A DNA stretch of 64,000 nt, taken from assembly GCA_046350775.1 (NCBI GenBank), contig JAXLZS010000001.1:416342-480341 (forward strand). The letters run 5' to 3'. The stretch comes from Minisyncoccota bacterium (lineage in GTDB: Bacteria; Patescibacteriota; Minisyncoccia; Phycocordibacterales; UBA5272). This document shows, one piece after another, positions 49,011 to 58,493 of this stretch (the stretch's first letter is position 1; each line of letters starts with the position of its first letter). The notes beneath the pieces were generated by a model that ran no database searches, was not told the DNA's origin, and saw only the letters and a program-made list of their open reading frames with translations. Both the position numbers and the translations under genes were made by a program.

Positions 49011-50063
49011 TTAACTAACGCGTTTTTCCCAGCCACCAGATGCGGTTTTTCTATATCCATCTTTTATTTTACCTTGAGCATCTAAAGGTCTCTCGTTTGG
49101 TGTTATATAAAATGGTACCCATTTTTCATTATTTGTATCTCTTTCTATATTATTAGAATAATTTGAACCTAAAGGATCACCTTTTTTTCTTTTTATGTTA
49201 GTTTTTGTCTCGCCTGGCAGATTTGAATTATCAGAACTTACAGACCCAACCAACTTATACCAATTTTTATTTTGGTATTTATAATTAGATTTTACATTAC
49301 CATTAGTATCAGTAGGATGCTCGTCTGATGTTGGATAAAATATCTCATATTTTTTTCCATCTATTAATATAAATTTTTCATCTGTGTTTTTTTCTGTAAC
49401 ACTCTCTCCGACAACATGATACCAATTATTATTAAACAATCTGAATCCTGGTTTAATAGTTCCATCTGGATTTTTTGGGGCGACAGAGCCATGATATGGT
49501 TCATATTGTTTACCATCAAACTCAACAATATTACCAGACTTTTTCTCTTGTTTTTGATATGGTTGATTAATAACAGTATCTTGGCCATCATTATTATTAT
49601 CTTCAATATTATTTTGATCATTTTTATTCAAAACTTCATACGTGCCGCCTTCTTTAATTTTAATTTTTTTACCTTTATGATTAATACTTATCAGAGTGGC
49701 AGTATTATCTTTGTTTACAACAACACCTTTTGATTTTCCTTCCTTTTTCATAATAGATCCTATTGGCACATCTTCTACAGGACTGCTTTTTTGTGCATCC
49801 ACACCTTTCATTGATAACATAGCAATGGAGGCCGCTAAGGCTGGCTTTCCTATTTTTCTTAAATTGTCGGCAACTTCTGGTGTAGCTTTTTTTAGAAAGT
49901 TTTTTAAAGCTTCAAAAGCTGATTTAGATTTAGTTTTCAAAGCTTCTATTGAAGCTTTTATGATGTTTTCAGTTTGTTTTTTGGTTTCTAGTTTTTTATC
50001 AATACTTTCTGGTGAAGGAAAAAGATTTGGAGTTTTTTTATTAAGTTTTGAAAATAAAGACAT
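49011..50063 (-). CDS. Hypothetical protein with 3 copies of a ~38-aa G..Y.P(Y/F)...P...G..K.G(Y/F)....W module
   Basis: Modules aligned by eye; internal signal-like segment ending VDA-Q. Confidence 0.75.
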   Translation of the reverse strand: MSLFSKLNKKTPNLFPSPESIDKKLETKKQTENIIKASIEALKTKSKSAFEALKNFLKKATPEVADNLRKIGKPALAASIAMLSMKGVDAQKSSPVEDVPIGSIMKKEGKSKGVVVNKDNTATLISINHKGKKIKIKEGGTYEVLNKNDQNNIEDNNNDGQDTVINQPYQKQEKKSGNIVEFDGKQYEPYHGSVAPKNPDGTIKPGFRLFNNNWYHVVGESVTEKNTDEKFILIDGKKYEIFYPTSDEHPTDTNGNVKSNYKYQNKNWYKLVGSVSSDNSNLPGETKTNIKRKKGDPLGSNYSNNIERDTNNEKWVPFYITPNERPLDAQGKIKDGYRKTASGGWEKRVS

Positions 50064-50164
50064 AGTTTATAATATTAAATAAAGTTTTTCTAATGAAAAT
50101 ATTATATCATGAAAAACAAAAAGCAACTCAAATCGAGTTGCTTTTTCCGATTGAAATCGGAATC

Positions 50165-50809
50165 TTACTTCACCTCTTTCCACCATTTTCCGTTTTGGAA
50201 AGCATATCCATCTTTTATCTGACCTCCAGCATCCATTGGATGCTCATTGGCGGTCGGATAAAATGGTGAATATTTTTTACCATTTAAAATGATGGCTTCC
50301 CCGGACACTTCTCCGGTAATCTTGTACCACTTACCACCCTGCACAAGAAATCCGGGTTTCGCAACACCGGGCGCTGAAGCGGGAGCTTCGGACCCAGTGT
50401 ACGGTGCGTACTCCACACCATTTACCATGATATTGCCGGCTGGCAGTATTCTTGGTTTAACTGGTAGCATTGGTGGCCCAGGTACTGTAGTCAGTACAGA
50501 ATCAGAAGATCCTGTAGTTGACACAGACCCTGTTGTTGTTGTCGTAACTACAACATTTTCTTTTGTTACCGGGGCAGGCGGCGCTTTTACCACATCACCC
50601 TTTACTGTGTGTTTGGTCCCAAATTCTTTTATTTTCAGAGTCTGGCCAGACATTTTTACACGCACTGTCTGAATAGTGCTGTCATCGATCTGCAACTCAG
50701 TTTTGCCCTTACCGGCCAAACTTTTTATAGTCTCAAGACTGTATGTCCTTTGACCAAAAGAAAAATTAACGAATAAAAAACTGATTGCTAAGAAAATAAT
50801 TTTTTTCAT
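50165..50809 (-). CDS. Secreted protein with 2 copies of the same module
   Basis: Start MKKIIFLAISFLFVNFSFG-Q at 50809. Confidence 0.8.
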   Translation of the reverse strand: MKKIIFLAISFLFVNFSFGQRTYSLETIKSLAGKGKTELQIDDSTIQTVRVKMSGQTLKIKEFGTKHTVKGDVVKAPPAPVTKENVVVTTTTTGSVSTTGSSDSVLTTVPGPPMLPVKPRILPAGNIMVNGVEYAPYTGSEAPASAPGVAKPGFLVQGGKWYKITGEVSGEAIILNGKKYSPFYPTANEHPMDAGGQIKDGYAFQNGKWWKEVK

Positions 50810-50888
50810 TTTCTGAAATTTTAAGTGTGATTGAAAAATTGTGAATGAATTGATTTTAGAATTAGTTTTGTGATAAATGAATATCACC

Positions 50889-50924
50889 TAAATACAGTAT
50901 ATCATACTGTATTTAATATGTCAA
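50889..50924 (-). promoter_or_regulatory. Sigma70-like promoter overlapped by 12-bp-arm palindrome
   Basis: TTGACA-N17-TATACT on minus; TAAATACAGTAT-ATC-ATACTGTATTTA at 50889-50915. Confidence 0.65.
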
Positions 50925-50984
50925 TAGACACAAATAACAAACCCCACAATTAAGTGGGGTTTTTAAAAGGTTAAAAATAATTTT

Positions 50985-51536
50985 TTACGATCCGGTCTTT
51001 TTGTACCACATGGAATCTGTGGCATTAAAGTAGTACCCGGGTTTTGCAACACCTGGAGCGCTCGCAGGAGCTTCTTCACCGTGATATTCCCGATATTCTT
51101 CACCATTAAGATAAAGAACTTTTCCTGTACCACAAGTGGCACAAGGAGGTTTTACGGGAGTTACTGTCGGTGGGCAAGTTGGACAAGGAGGTTTAATTCC
51201 TTTTTTATGTCCACCCTTTTTTGCTGGTGTTGGGCATGGTTGCTGCGGTACAACCACAACAACCACCTGAGGACAACAAGTGTCCTTTACTGCCGGTTCA
51301 TCGTTTTTTTTTTCAGGCACAGCATCACAATCGCTGTACCTTTCCCACATGTCCTGCAATTTCTTACGTTCCATGCGGAGTTTGTATTCATTTTTTATCG
51401 CCGCTTTTTGGTCGGCGATTTCTTCCATCTGCTGATCATAATACTGGTCGGTAGATGTTTTCGGCTTCTCGCTACTGCAAGAAGTTAAAAAAGAAATTAA
51501 AAAAACGATACCGATTGCTAAAAATACTTTTTTCAT
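50985..51536 (-). CDS. Putative lipoprotein, Cys/Pro-rich, one copy of the module
   Basis: MKKVFLAIGIVFLISFLTS-C lipobox. Confidence 0.8.
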   Translation of the reverse strand: MKKVFLAIGIVFLISFLTSCSSEKPKTSTDQYYDQQMEEIADQKAAIKNEYKLRMERKKLQDMWERYSDCDAVPEKKNDEPAVKDTCCPQVVVVVVPQQPCPTPAKKGGHKKGIKPPCPTCPPTVTPVKPPCATCGTGKVLYLNGEEYREYHGEEAPASAPGVAKPGYYFNATDSMWYKKTGS

Positions 51537-51844
51537 GATAATTGTTTTATTTTTTAAAAAATTTGGGTTTCAAGTATACATTTGAAAGAATAAATATAAT
51601 TAAACCCTCAAATGTATACTCAAACTTCTTTTTTTTTTAAATAAAAAACTTAAAATGAAAAGTATTCTTATTTCTTAACCTTTTTCAAAGAACTATATTT
51701 AACTGACTACAGTATAGCAGATTAAAATATTTTGTCAAGATATAAAGAGAGAATTTTATGTAAATAAAGTAAAAAATCCTTGAAAATCAAGGATTTTTTA
51801 GAATAAGTCCAAAAATGAACGTATTTAAAAATGTGTGTTTTAGC

Positions 51845-52147
51845 CTATTCTGTGATCAGATTGCCAGTGCGACACTCTACAAGAGCACCAAGATTTGTCT
51901 GACAGACTTGCTGATAGCTTTTACAAGAGACATGATTGAGAGGATTGTTGAAATTTGTACCGACTTTAAAGCAAACTCCCGGATCACCATTGGGTACAGG
52001 CGCATAAGCCGCCTGCTCTGCTCTCACTTGTGAGAGACCGTAGACCGCGAGCATGACTATGATTGCAAAAATTACAAGTGAAAGTACTCTGTGTGTAAGA
52101 TGATGCTTGTGATGCAATTCGTGAAAAGTTTTTAAATGTTTGTTCAT
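51845..52147 (-). CDS. Small membrane/secreted protein, His-rich N-terminus
   Basis: HELHHKHHLTH, TM, 4 Cys; terminator ~51771-51799. Confidence 0.7.
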   Translation of the reverse strand: MNKHLKTFHELHHKHHLTHRVLSLVIFAIIVMLAVYGLSQVRAEQAAYAPVPNGDPGVCFKVGTNFNNPLNHVSCKSYQQVCQTNLGALVECRTGNLITE

Positions 52148-52268
52148 ATATTTATATATTAAATTATAAGATAGAAAAATCTGAAATGCAATAAAGTTAT
52201 CAACTTTTTCATAAATTTTCTAAAAAAACATACTTTTAAATGATATAATACAAGAAATTTAAGCACTT

Positions 52269-54044
52269 ATGGATGATACAAATCAAAAATTAAAAGCTAA
52301 TGAAGAAAATCCCGAGCTACATCATGGTCTAAAATTTCAAAAAGATGATGAAGATAAAAAAAATGAAGACATTTTGGATCTTGTTCATCAACAAGAAGAG
52401 GAAGAATATGTAAAATTGCAATCTGACAAATACAATCTCCCATATATAGATCTCAAAGGTATAGCCCCAGAGCCTGACGCTATAAAACAAATCAAAGAAG
52501 AAGATGCTAAAAAAGCCGAAATCGCAGCATTTAAGCAAATAGGTGAAAAACTTTATGTGGCTATGTTTTCTCCTGAAAATATAAACGTGGACATCATCTT
52601 TAAAAATCTAGAAAGTCACGGTTTAACTTTAATTAAATTTTTAGCATCACACTCATCATTGAAGCATGTCTGGAGCAGATATGCTGATGTGGTAGAAGCT
52701 ACTGAAACTGTATCGGGAATGCTCGATTTAAATTCAAATATTTTAAAAGAAATGATGTCTCATGTAGTGACACTAGACGACCTTCGCAATGTCATCATCA
52801 CTGTCGCAAATGGATCAAAAAATTTTAGAATATCAAGAATTATAGAATTAATTATTGCGGGAGCACTTCATTTTAAAGTATCTGATATACATATTGAGCC
52901 GGAAAAAGAAAAGGTAAGATTTCGCTACAGAATAGATGGAGCATTGGTAGATATTTGTTTTGTAGATTTTCCAACTATGAAATTGATAAATTCTAGATTA
53001 AAACTTTTGTCTGGAGTGAAATTGTCTGTGACGAAAAATGCTCAAGATGGAAGATTTTCTATCACTGACGGAAATATTGAGATCGAGGTCCGCGTATCTG
53101 TCATCCCGGACAACTATGGAGAGAGTTTTGTGATGAGAATACTTGATCCGAGAAACATAATGGCAAATATAGAGTCTCTTGGTATGAGCTCACAACTCTA
53201 TGAGATAGTAGAGAGAGCCATAGAAAAGCCAAATGGTATCATCTTGACTACAGGACCGACAGGATCAGGAAAAACTACCACTCTCTATGCTTTTATAAAT
53301 AAACTTTACACTCCTGAAATAAAAATAATCACAATTGAAGATCCAATAGAGTATCACTTGAAAGGAATTGTACAAACTCAAATTGAAGAGGAAAAGGGAT
53401 ATACATTTTTATCTGGCCTTCGTGCCGCTATGCGTCAAGATCCAGATATTATAATGGTCGGTGAAATCCGTGATCAAGATACCGCCAAGGTGGCCGTCAA
53501 CGCTGCTCTTACTGGACATCTTGTATTTTCAACACTTCACACCAATAATGCTGCTGGCACTATACCACGCCTTCTCGAGCTTGGGGCTAATCCTGGCATC
53601 CTAGCCTCCGCCCTTTCACTTTCTTTAGCTCAAAGACTAGTCAGAAAACTTTGCCCAAATTGTAAAGAAGAAATCTCAGCAAATGAAAAACAAACTAAAC
53701 AAATCACAAACATACTAGGATTGATGATAGCAAACAACAAACAAGCAAGTATGCAAGACATCAAGCCAGCTAATGAATACAAAATATTTAAAGCTAATGA
53801 GGCTGGTTGTGAAAAATGTCATGGTGGATACAAAGGAAGAATGGGTATATTTGAAGCTATAAAAATGGATGGTCCTATAGCAGATTTACTCTCTTCAGAA
53901 AAAATAGTAAATGAAAGAAAAATAAAAGAGCTAGCAATACCTCAAGGGATACCCACTATGAGAGAAGACGGTATAATAAAAGTCTTGAAAGGTGAAACTA
54001 GCTATGAGGAAGTAGCGACAGTAGTCGATCTTTACGAAGAATAA
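52269..54044 (+). CDS. GspE/PilB type IV pilus assembly ATPase
   Basis: SDIHIEP, QDGRF, TGPTGSGKTTT, TIEDPIE, RQDPDIIMVGEIRD, STLHTN, CxxC...CxxC. Confidence 0.95.
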   Translation: MDDTNQKLKANEENPELHHGLKFQKDDEDKKNEDILDLVHQQEEEEYVKLQSDKYNLPYIDLKGIAPEPDAIKQIKEEDAKKAEIAAFKQIGEKLYVAMFSPENINVDIIFKNLESHGLTLIKFLASHSSLKHVWSRYADVVEATETVSGMLDLNSNILKEMMSHVVTLDDLRNVIITVANGSKNFRISRIIELIIAGALHFKVSDIHIEPEKEKVRFRYRIDGALVDICFVDFPTMKLINSRLKLLSGVKLSVTKNAQDGRFSITDGNIEIEVRVSVIPDNYGESFVMRILDPRNIMANIESLGMSSQLYEIVERAIEKPNGIILTTGPTGSGKTTTLYAFINKLYTPEIKIITIEDPIEYHLKGIVQTQIEEEKGYTFLSGLRAAMRQDPDIIMVGEIRDQDTAKVAVNAALTGHLVFSTLHTNNAAGTIPRLLELGANPGILASALSLSLAQRLVRKLCPNCKEEISANEKQTKQITNILGLMIANNKQASMQDIKPANEYKIFKANEAGCEKCHGGYKGRMGIFEAIKMDGPIADLLSSEKIVNERKIKELAIPQGIPTMREDGIIKVLKGETSYEEVATVVDLYEE

Positions 54045-54310
54045 AAACCACACAGATCTCTAAACAACCTCTTGGTGAAGAAAACTTTTACATAAGGATA
54101 GATGCAGAATAGAATAAATCTAACCAAATCGTCCTCTGTGAATAAAGTATGAGAGCGAGGCTCTCAATTGTTTAGAGATCTATGTGGTTTTAAAATAACT
54201 TTAAGTTGACAGTAGTGTATCATATAGTTGACAATCTTGTCAAGTACCTATATTCGAGCCACAATTCTCATTACTTTTCCTTTTGTGATAAAATTAAGAC
54301 AAGAAAAAAT

Positions 54311-55309
54311 ATGGAAAACTCACATCTTGAACCAGAAGAGATAAAAAAAGAAGAAGGGTACCTCGATAACGCACTGAGACCAAGTGTCTGGGAAGACTAT
54401 ATTGGACAAAAAGTCATCAAAGAAAATCTAGAGATTTTGATAAAGGCCGCCAAAGAAAGAAAAAATTCTCCCGAACATATTCTTTTTTATGGCCCCCCAG
54501 GACTTGGAAAGACCACTCTTGCAAATTTGGTCGCCAAAGAACTCAATACAAACATGCGCGTCACCTCAGGTCCAGCTATCATGAAAGTTGGAGATCTTGC
54601 AGCAATACTTACCAATCTTGGTGAAGGTGATGTGCTTTTTATAGATGAGATTCATAGACTTAATAAATTGATAGAAGAGGTACTTTACCCTGCTATGGAG
54701 TCTGGTAAACTCGATATTATTATCGGCAAAGGCCCATCGGCTCGCACAATACAGCTAGATCTTCCAAATTTTACATTGATTGGAGCGACCACAAGAATTT
54801 CTTTACTGTCATCCCCTCTTCGCTCTCGCTTTTCTGGAGGTATACACAGACTACAATATTATAATGAAAAAGAAATTGCTCAGATTGTAAAAAATTCTGC
54901 AAAAATTTTAAATACTAAAATCACAGACGAAGCAGCAAATGAAATAGCAAAAAGATCTCGCTTCACTCCACGTATAGCAAATTATTTTTTGAAAAGATGT
55001 CGTGACTATGCTCAAGTCAATAAGGCTATCATAGATATAGATGTAGTAAACAACACCCTAAAAATGCTAGAAATAGACGAGCTTGGTCTTGGTATAGCAG
55101 AAAGAATGTTATTAAACACACTGGTAAATACTTTTGCAGATAAACCTGTCGGGCTAAACACTCTTGCCGCTTCCATAGGAGAAGAAGAAAATACTATTGA
55201 AGATGTGATAGAGCCGTATCTACTACAAATCGGATTTATAGATCGTACTAGCCGTGGTCGCATCACTACAGAAAAAGCTAAAGAGCATTTAAAGAAAAAT
55301 GAAAAATAA
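54311..55309 (+). CDS. ruvB: Holliday junction helicase RuvB
   Basis: LRP...YIGQ, GPPGLGKTT, FIDEIHR, EPYL; ATG at 54311. Confidence 0.97.
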   Translation: MENSHLEPEEIKKEEGYLDNALRPSVWEDYIGQKVIKENLEILIKAAKERKNSPEHILFYGPPGLGKTTLANLVAKELNTNMRVTSGPAIMKVGDLAAILTNLGEGDVLFIDEIHRLNKLIEEVLYPAMESGKLDIIIGKGPSARTIQLDLPNFTLIGATTRISLLSSPLRSRFSGGIHRLQYYNEKEIAQIVKNSAKILNTKITDEAANEIAKRSRFTPRIANYFLKRCRDYAQVNKAIIDIDVVNNTLKMLEIDELGLGIAERMLLNTLVNTFADKPVGLNTLAASIGEEENTIEDVIEPYLLQIGFIDRTSRGRITTEKAKEHLKKNEK

Positions 55310-55793
55310 TCCAAAAATAATTCTCGGTATTGACCCAGGATACGACAGAATGGGTGTCTGTGTTTTAGAAAAAATAAATAACACAGAAAATAAAATTTTA
55401 TTTTCTGTTTGTCTCGAATCAAATAAAAAAGATGATTTAAATGAGAGAATTTTTCAAATTGGAAAAGAATTAGAAAAAATAATTATCAAATACAGTGTTG
55501 ATGAACTTGCGATAGAAAAATTATTTTTCACTACCAATCAAAAGACAGCTATGGGTGTCGCAGAATCAAGAGGTGCTGTAATATTTTTATGTAAAAATCT
55601 AAAAGTAAAAATATTTGAATACACACCACTACAAATAAAAAATGCTCTGACAGGATACGGAAAAGCTGATAAAAATCAAGTCTACTTTATGCTAGATAAA
55701 ATCTTAAAACTAAACAATAAATTAAACAAAAAATACGATGACGAATATGATGCTATAGCTATTGCCTATACACACTCAATATCAATAAAATAA
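55299..55793 (+). CDS. ruvC: Crossover junction endonuclease RuvC
   Basis: ILGIDPG, AIEKLFF, TGYGKADK.QV, DD..DAIAIA. Confidence 0.96.
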   Translation: MKNNPKIILGIDPGYDRMGVCVLEKINNTENKILFSVCLESNKKDDLNERIFQIGKELEKIIIKYSVDELAIEKLFFTTNQKTAMGVAESRGAVIFLCKNLKVKIFEYTPLQIKNALTGYGKADKNQVYFMLDKILKLNNKLNKKYDDEYDAIAIAYTHSISIK

Positions 55794-55912
55794 CCATACA
55801 AAATATAGACACTACCAGTTATCAACATTTTAATAAAAACACCCTTGAAAAATTTTTTAAATTCTTTATAATACCCTTCATAATCAAAATAGATTTATAT
55901 TTAAAATAAAAT

Positions 55913-56152
55913 ATGAAAAATAAAAAAAATAATGATTCGTTTGATAAGAGAGACGATGACGATATGGAGGATGAGGAAGGGATGGAAAATGAAAAAAGCT
56001 TTAATCCTGATGCTCTCGATGAGGCTCTTGATGAAGATGAATCCGATGAAGATGAGAGTCTTGATGAGTTAGAAGAAAAGGAAATTGAAGAAGACAATGA
56101 AGATGACATCTTTGGAAATAATGAAGATGAAAATCCACTTTGGAAATTATAA
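55913..56152 (+). CDS. Small highly acidic protein
   Basis: 79 aa, roughly half Asp/Glu; terminator downstream. Confidence 0.7.
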   Translation: MKNKKNNDSFDKRDDDDMEDEEGMENEKSFNPDALDEALDEDESDEDESLDELEEKEIEEDNEDDIFGNNEDENPLWKL

Positions 56153-56212
56153 GATTATTTAAAATTTAATATCCAAAAAAATAAAAACCCCTAAATTTTA
56201 GGAGTTTTTATT

Positions 56213-57130
56213 TTATATAGCAACAGGAAAATAAATTTTCTCTCCATATTTATAATCTTTAAACTCTGTGTCTGTATAACTCCAATCAAGAATTGATTTA
56301 AAATTATTAGTTACTATAATAGGAGATTTTTCACTTTCTCTTTTTATTAATTCTTTTGCACCTTCTAAATGATTTTCATATAGTTCAACTTGTCCAAATA
56401 TTCCAGTAACTTTACCTGGTTTATATCCAGTTTCTAGACAAAACAAATGAAGAAGTAGTGCGTGTTGAGCAAAATCGTTCGGTACTCCAAGACAAATATC
56501 TCCACTTCTTTGATAAAAAATCAAATTTAATTTTTCTCCATATTTAATAAGCTGAAAAGCAAACGGACATGGTGGTATAGCTTGTTGATCTATATCTTTT
56601 GGATTCCATTGGGACACAATCAATCTTTTACTATCTGGGTCTTTTTTAAGTTCTTCTAAAATCCACTTAATCTGATCTTTGCCTTGTCCTTCATAATCTC
56701 CTATACCTTTATATTCTGTTCCAAAATTTCTCCATTCAAATCCATATGTGGGACCAAGATCATTTTTATTATGATATTTTTTACTAGACCAATGATCCCA
56801 AAAGTGACACCCTCTATCTATGAGCCACTGTTTATCAGTATAACCTTTTAGATAAAATTCTGTTTCTACTCTCATACTCTTTTCTGGCATTTTTCTTAAT
56901 GAAGATAAAGGGAAGCCATTTTCCATATCATGCTCCAAAGTCTTACCTATCAAACTATATGCTGGTATACCAGTTCTAGTTGGTCTTAAAAAACCTTCTT
57001 CTAAAATTTCACTTATCACCTGTTTATATTGGGTATCAAAATTCTTAATAATTTTCTTTTCTTCTTTACTTTCAAATTTTGATGAAGGTTTGTCCAAATT
57101 ATCAGATTTATTTACATTAAATTTTTCCAT
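56213..57130 (-). CDS. Thymidylate synthase-like protein with Asp at the Asn177 specificity site (candidate dCMP/CMP methyl- or hydroxymethyltransferase)
   Basis: TRTG, GFPL, DLGPTYG..WR, SKRLIVSQWNP, PPC, QRSGDICLGVPND. Confidence 0.85.
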   Translation of the reverse strand: MEKFNVNKSDNLDKPSSKFESKEEKKIIKNFDTQYKQVISEILEEGFLRPTRTGIPAYSLIGKTLEHDMENGFPLSSLRKMPEKSMRVETEFYLKGYTDKQWLIDRGCHFWDHWSSKKYHNKNDLGPTYGFEWRNFGTEYKGIGDYEGQGKDQIKWILEELKKDPDSKRLIVSQWNPKDIDQQAIPPCPFAFQLIKYGEKLNLIFYQRSGDICLGVPNDFAQHALLLHLFCLETGYKPGKVTGIFGQVELYENHLEGAKELIKRESEKSPIIVTNNFKSILDWSYTDTEFKDYKYGEKIYFPVAI

Positions 57131-57140
57131 AATTTTATTT

Positions 57141-57800
57141 TCATAAATTATTTTTTAAATTCTTTATTAGTATTTCAAAATCTTCTATTGAAGACACAAA
57201 ATATAGCCAATCTTTATGATTTTCTAAAGATTTAGAAGAAGTATCTAATATTTGCATTTTTGTAGTTATTAAAGATTTCCAATCTGTGCCATTTTTAGTC
57301 TGAAAGAAAATTAATGGGGTTAATTTTTCATTATATTTTTCATTACCATATTTATTCATGCCTGTCTTAACTATATTTTCATGAAAAATAACATTTTGTT
57401 CAAGATCTGTACCGTCTCCACCAAGTGGGCTGACGACTACAATATCAGCAGAAGTAACAGCTTCCAATCTCTCAAAGATATTTTTTGCAACGTTTGTAAA
57501 TCTTGCATTTTTCACTCTATCCCACAAACCATCATGCTGCTCTTGAGGTACACCAATATTAAGATTTTTTGATAAATTATTTTCATTAATAAAATTATTT
57601 GCGGTATCACTAACGGCCTGCATAATTCCTCCAGCATATCCACCATGCACAACCCCAAATCCTTCTTTTAATAAAAATTTAGTTAATTGCTCTGTAGCTT
57701 TATATTCTTCGCTTTCTTTATTTACAGTAGATTTTCCTACTACAGAAGCAAAATATTTTGCTCTGGATTCTTTTTTAATATTTTCTATATTTAATTTCAT
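57141..57800 (-). CDS. LOG/SLOG-fold nucleotide-processing protein
   Basis: EEY..TEQL...L...GFGVVHGGYAGGIMQAVS...IGVP...FERL...GGDGT..E. Confidence 0.75.
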   Translation of the reverse strand: MKLNIENIKKESRAKYFASVVGKSTVNKESEEYKATEQLTKFLLKEGFGVVHGGYAGGIMQAVSDTANNFINENNLSKNLNIGVPQEQHDGLWDRVKNARFTNVAKNIFERLEAVTSADIVVVSPLGGDGTDLEQNVIFHENIVKTGMNKYGNEKYNEKLTPLIFFQTKNGTDWKSLITTKMQILDTSSKSLENHKDWLYFVSSIEDFEILIKNLKNNL

Positions 57801-57842
57801 ATTTTTAATTATTAATTTTATTATTTTTAATTCTTTTAAAAC

Positions 57843-58493
57843 TTATGTTTTCTCAAGAATTAAAATTAAAGCACTTGGAGATATCGGGCTAGAATATTCT
57901 TTAATTGGACGATTTAGTATCTCTTCAAAATACACTATTTTAAAACCTGTTTCTAATATGGTTTGTATCCACTCAGTCATAGTGTGATGATATTCATTTA
58001 TTATCTTTTTATCTACTGTTGGATAATTTATCAACTCTCCTTTTTGAAAATAATTTTTACTATTAACATAATTTACCGATCTCATGGGGTGGGTAAATTG
58101 TATAAAGGCTTTACTTTTCTTTTTTAAAACTCTATATATCTCATTTAAAGAAACCGAGATATTTTTATCGTGTTGTAAAGCATATTTACTCCAAACTATA
58201 TCAAAGTAATTATTTTTCCATGGTAAATAATTAAAATTACCCTCTAATATGTCTGCTTTAGTGAATCTGTTTTTTGTAATATTTATAAGTTCTGATGATA
58301 TATCTAGACCGTGAATAATAGCGCCGTTTTTATGAAAGTAATCTAAATCTATGCCAGAACCACATCCAACATCTAATACTCTCTTATTATCTAAAGATAC
58401 AGTATTTAAGAGTATTTTTCTCATAGTATTTGCTGCTGGATATTTCTTTGTGTATTCATTTTGGAAAAAATGAAAATCTTTTTTATATTTCAT
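57843..58493 (-). CDS. Class I SAM-dependent methyltransferase
   Basis: VLDVGCGSG, GLDIS, FDIVWS.YAL, EIYRVLK. Confidence 0.92.
   Translation of the reverse strand: MKYKKDFHFFQNEYTKKYPAANTMRKILLNTVSLDNKRVLDVGCGSGIDLDYFHKNGAIIHGLDISSELINITKNRFTKADILEGNFNYLPWKNNYFDIVWSKYALQHDKNISVSLNEIYRVLKKKSKAFIQFTHPMRSVNYVNSKNYFQKGELINYPTVDKKIINEYHHTMTEWIQTILETGFKIVYFEEILNRPIKEYSSPISPSALILILEKT

Noticed and set aside
54206-54310. Extended N-termini in the ORF track (ruvB here; also ileS, tmk, tsaE, 50887, 58526)
   Set aside because: Extensions cross promoters or terminators; downstream ATGs match family starts
55822-56109. Ser-rich minus-strand ORF
   Set aside because: Antisense shadow of the GAA/GAT-rich acidic protein gene
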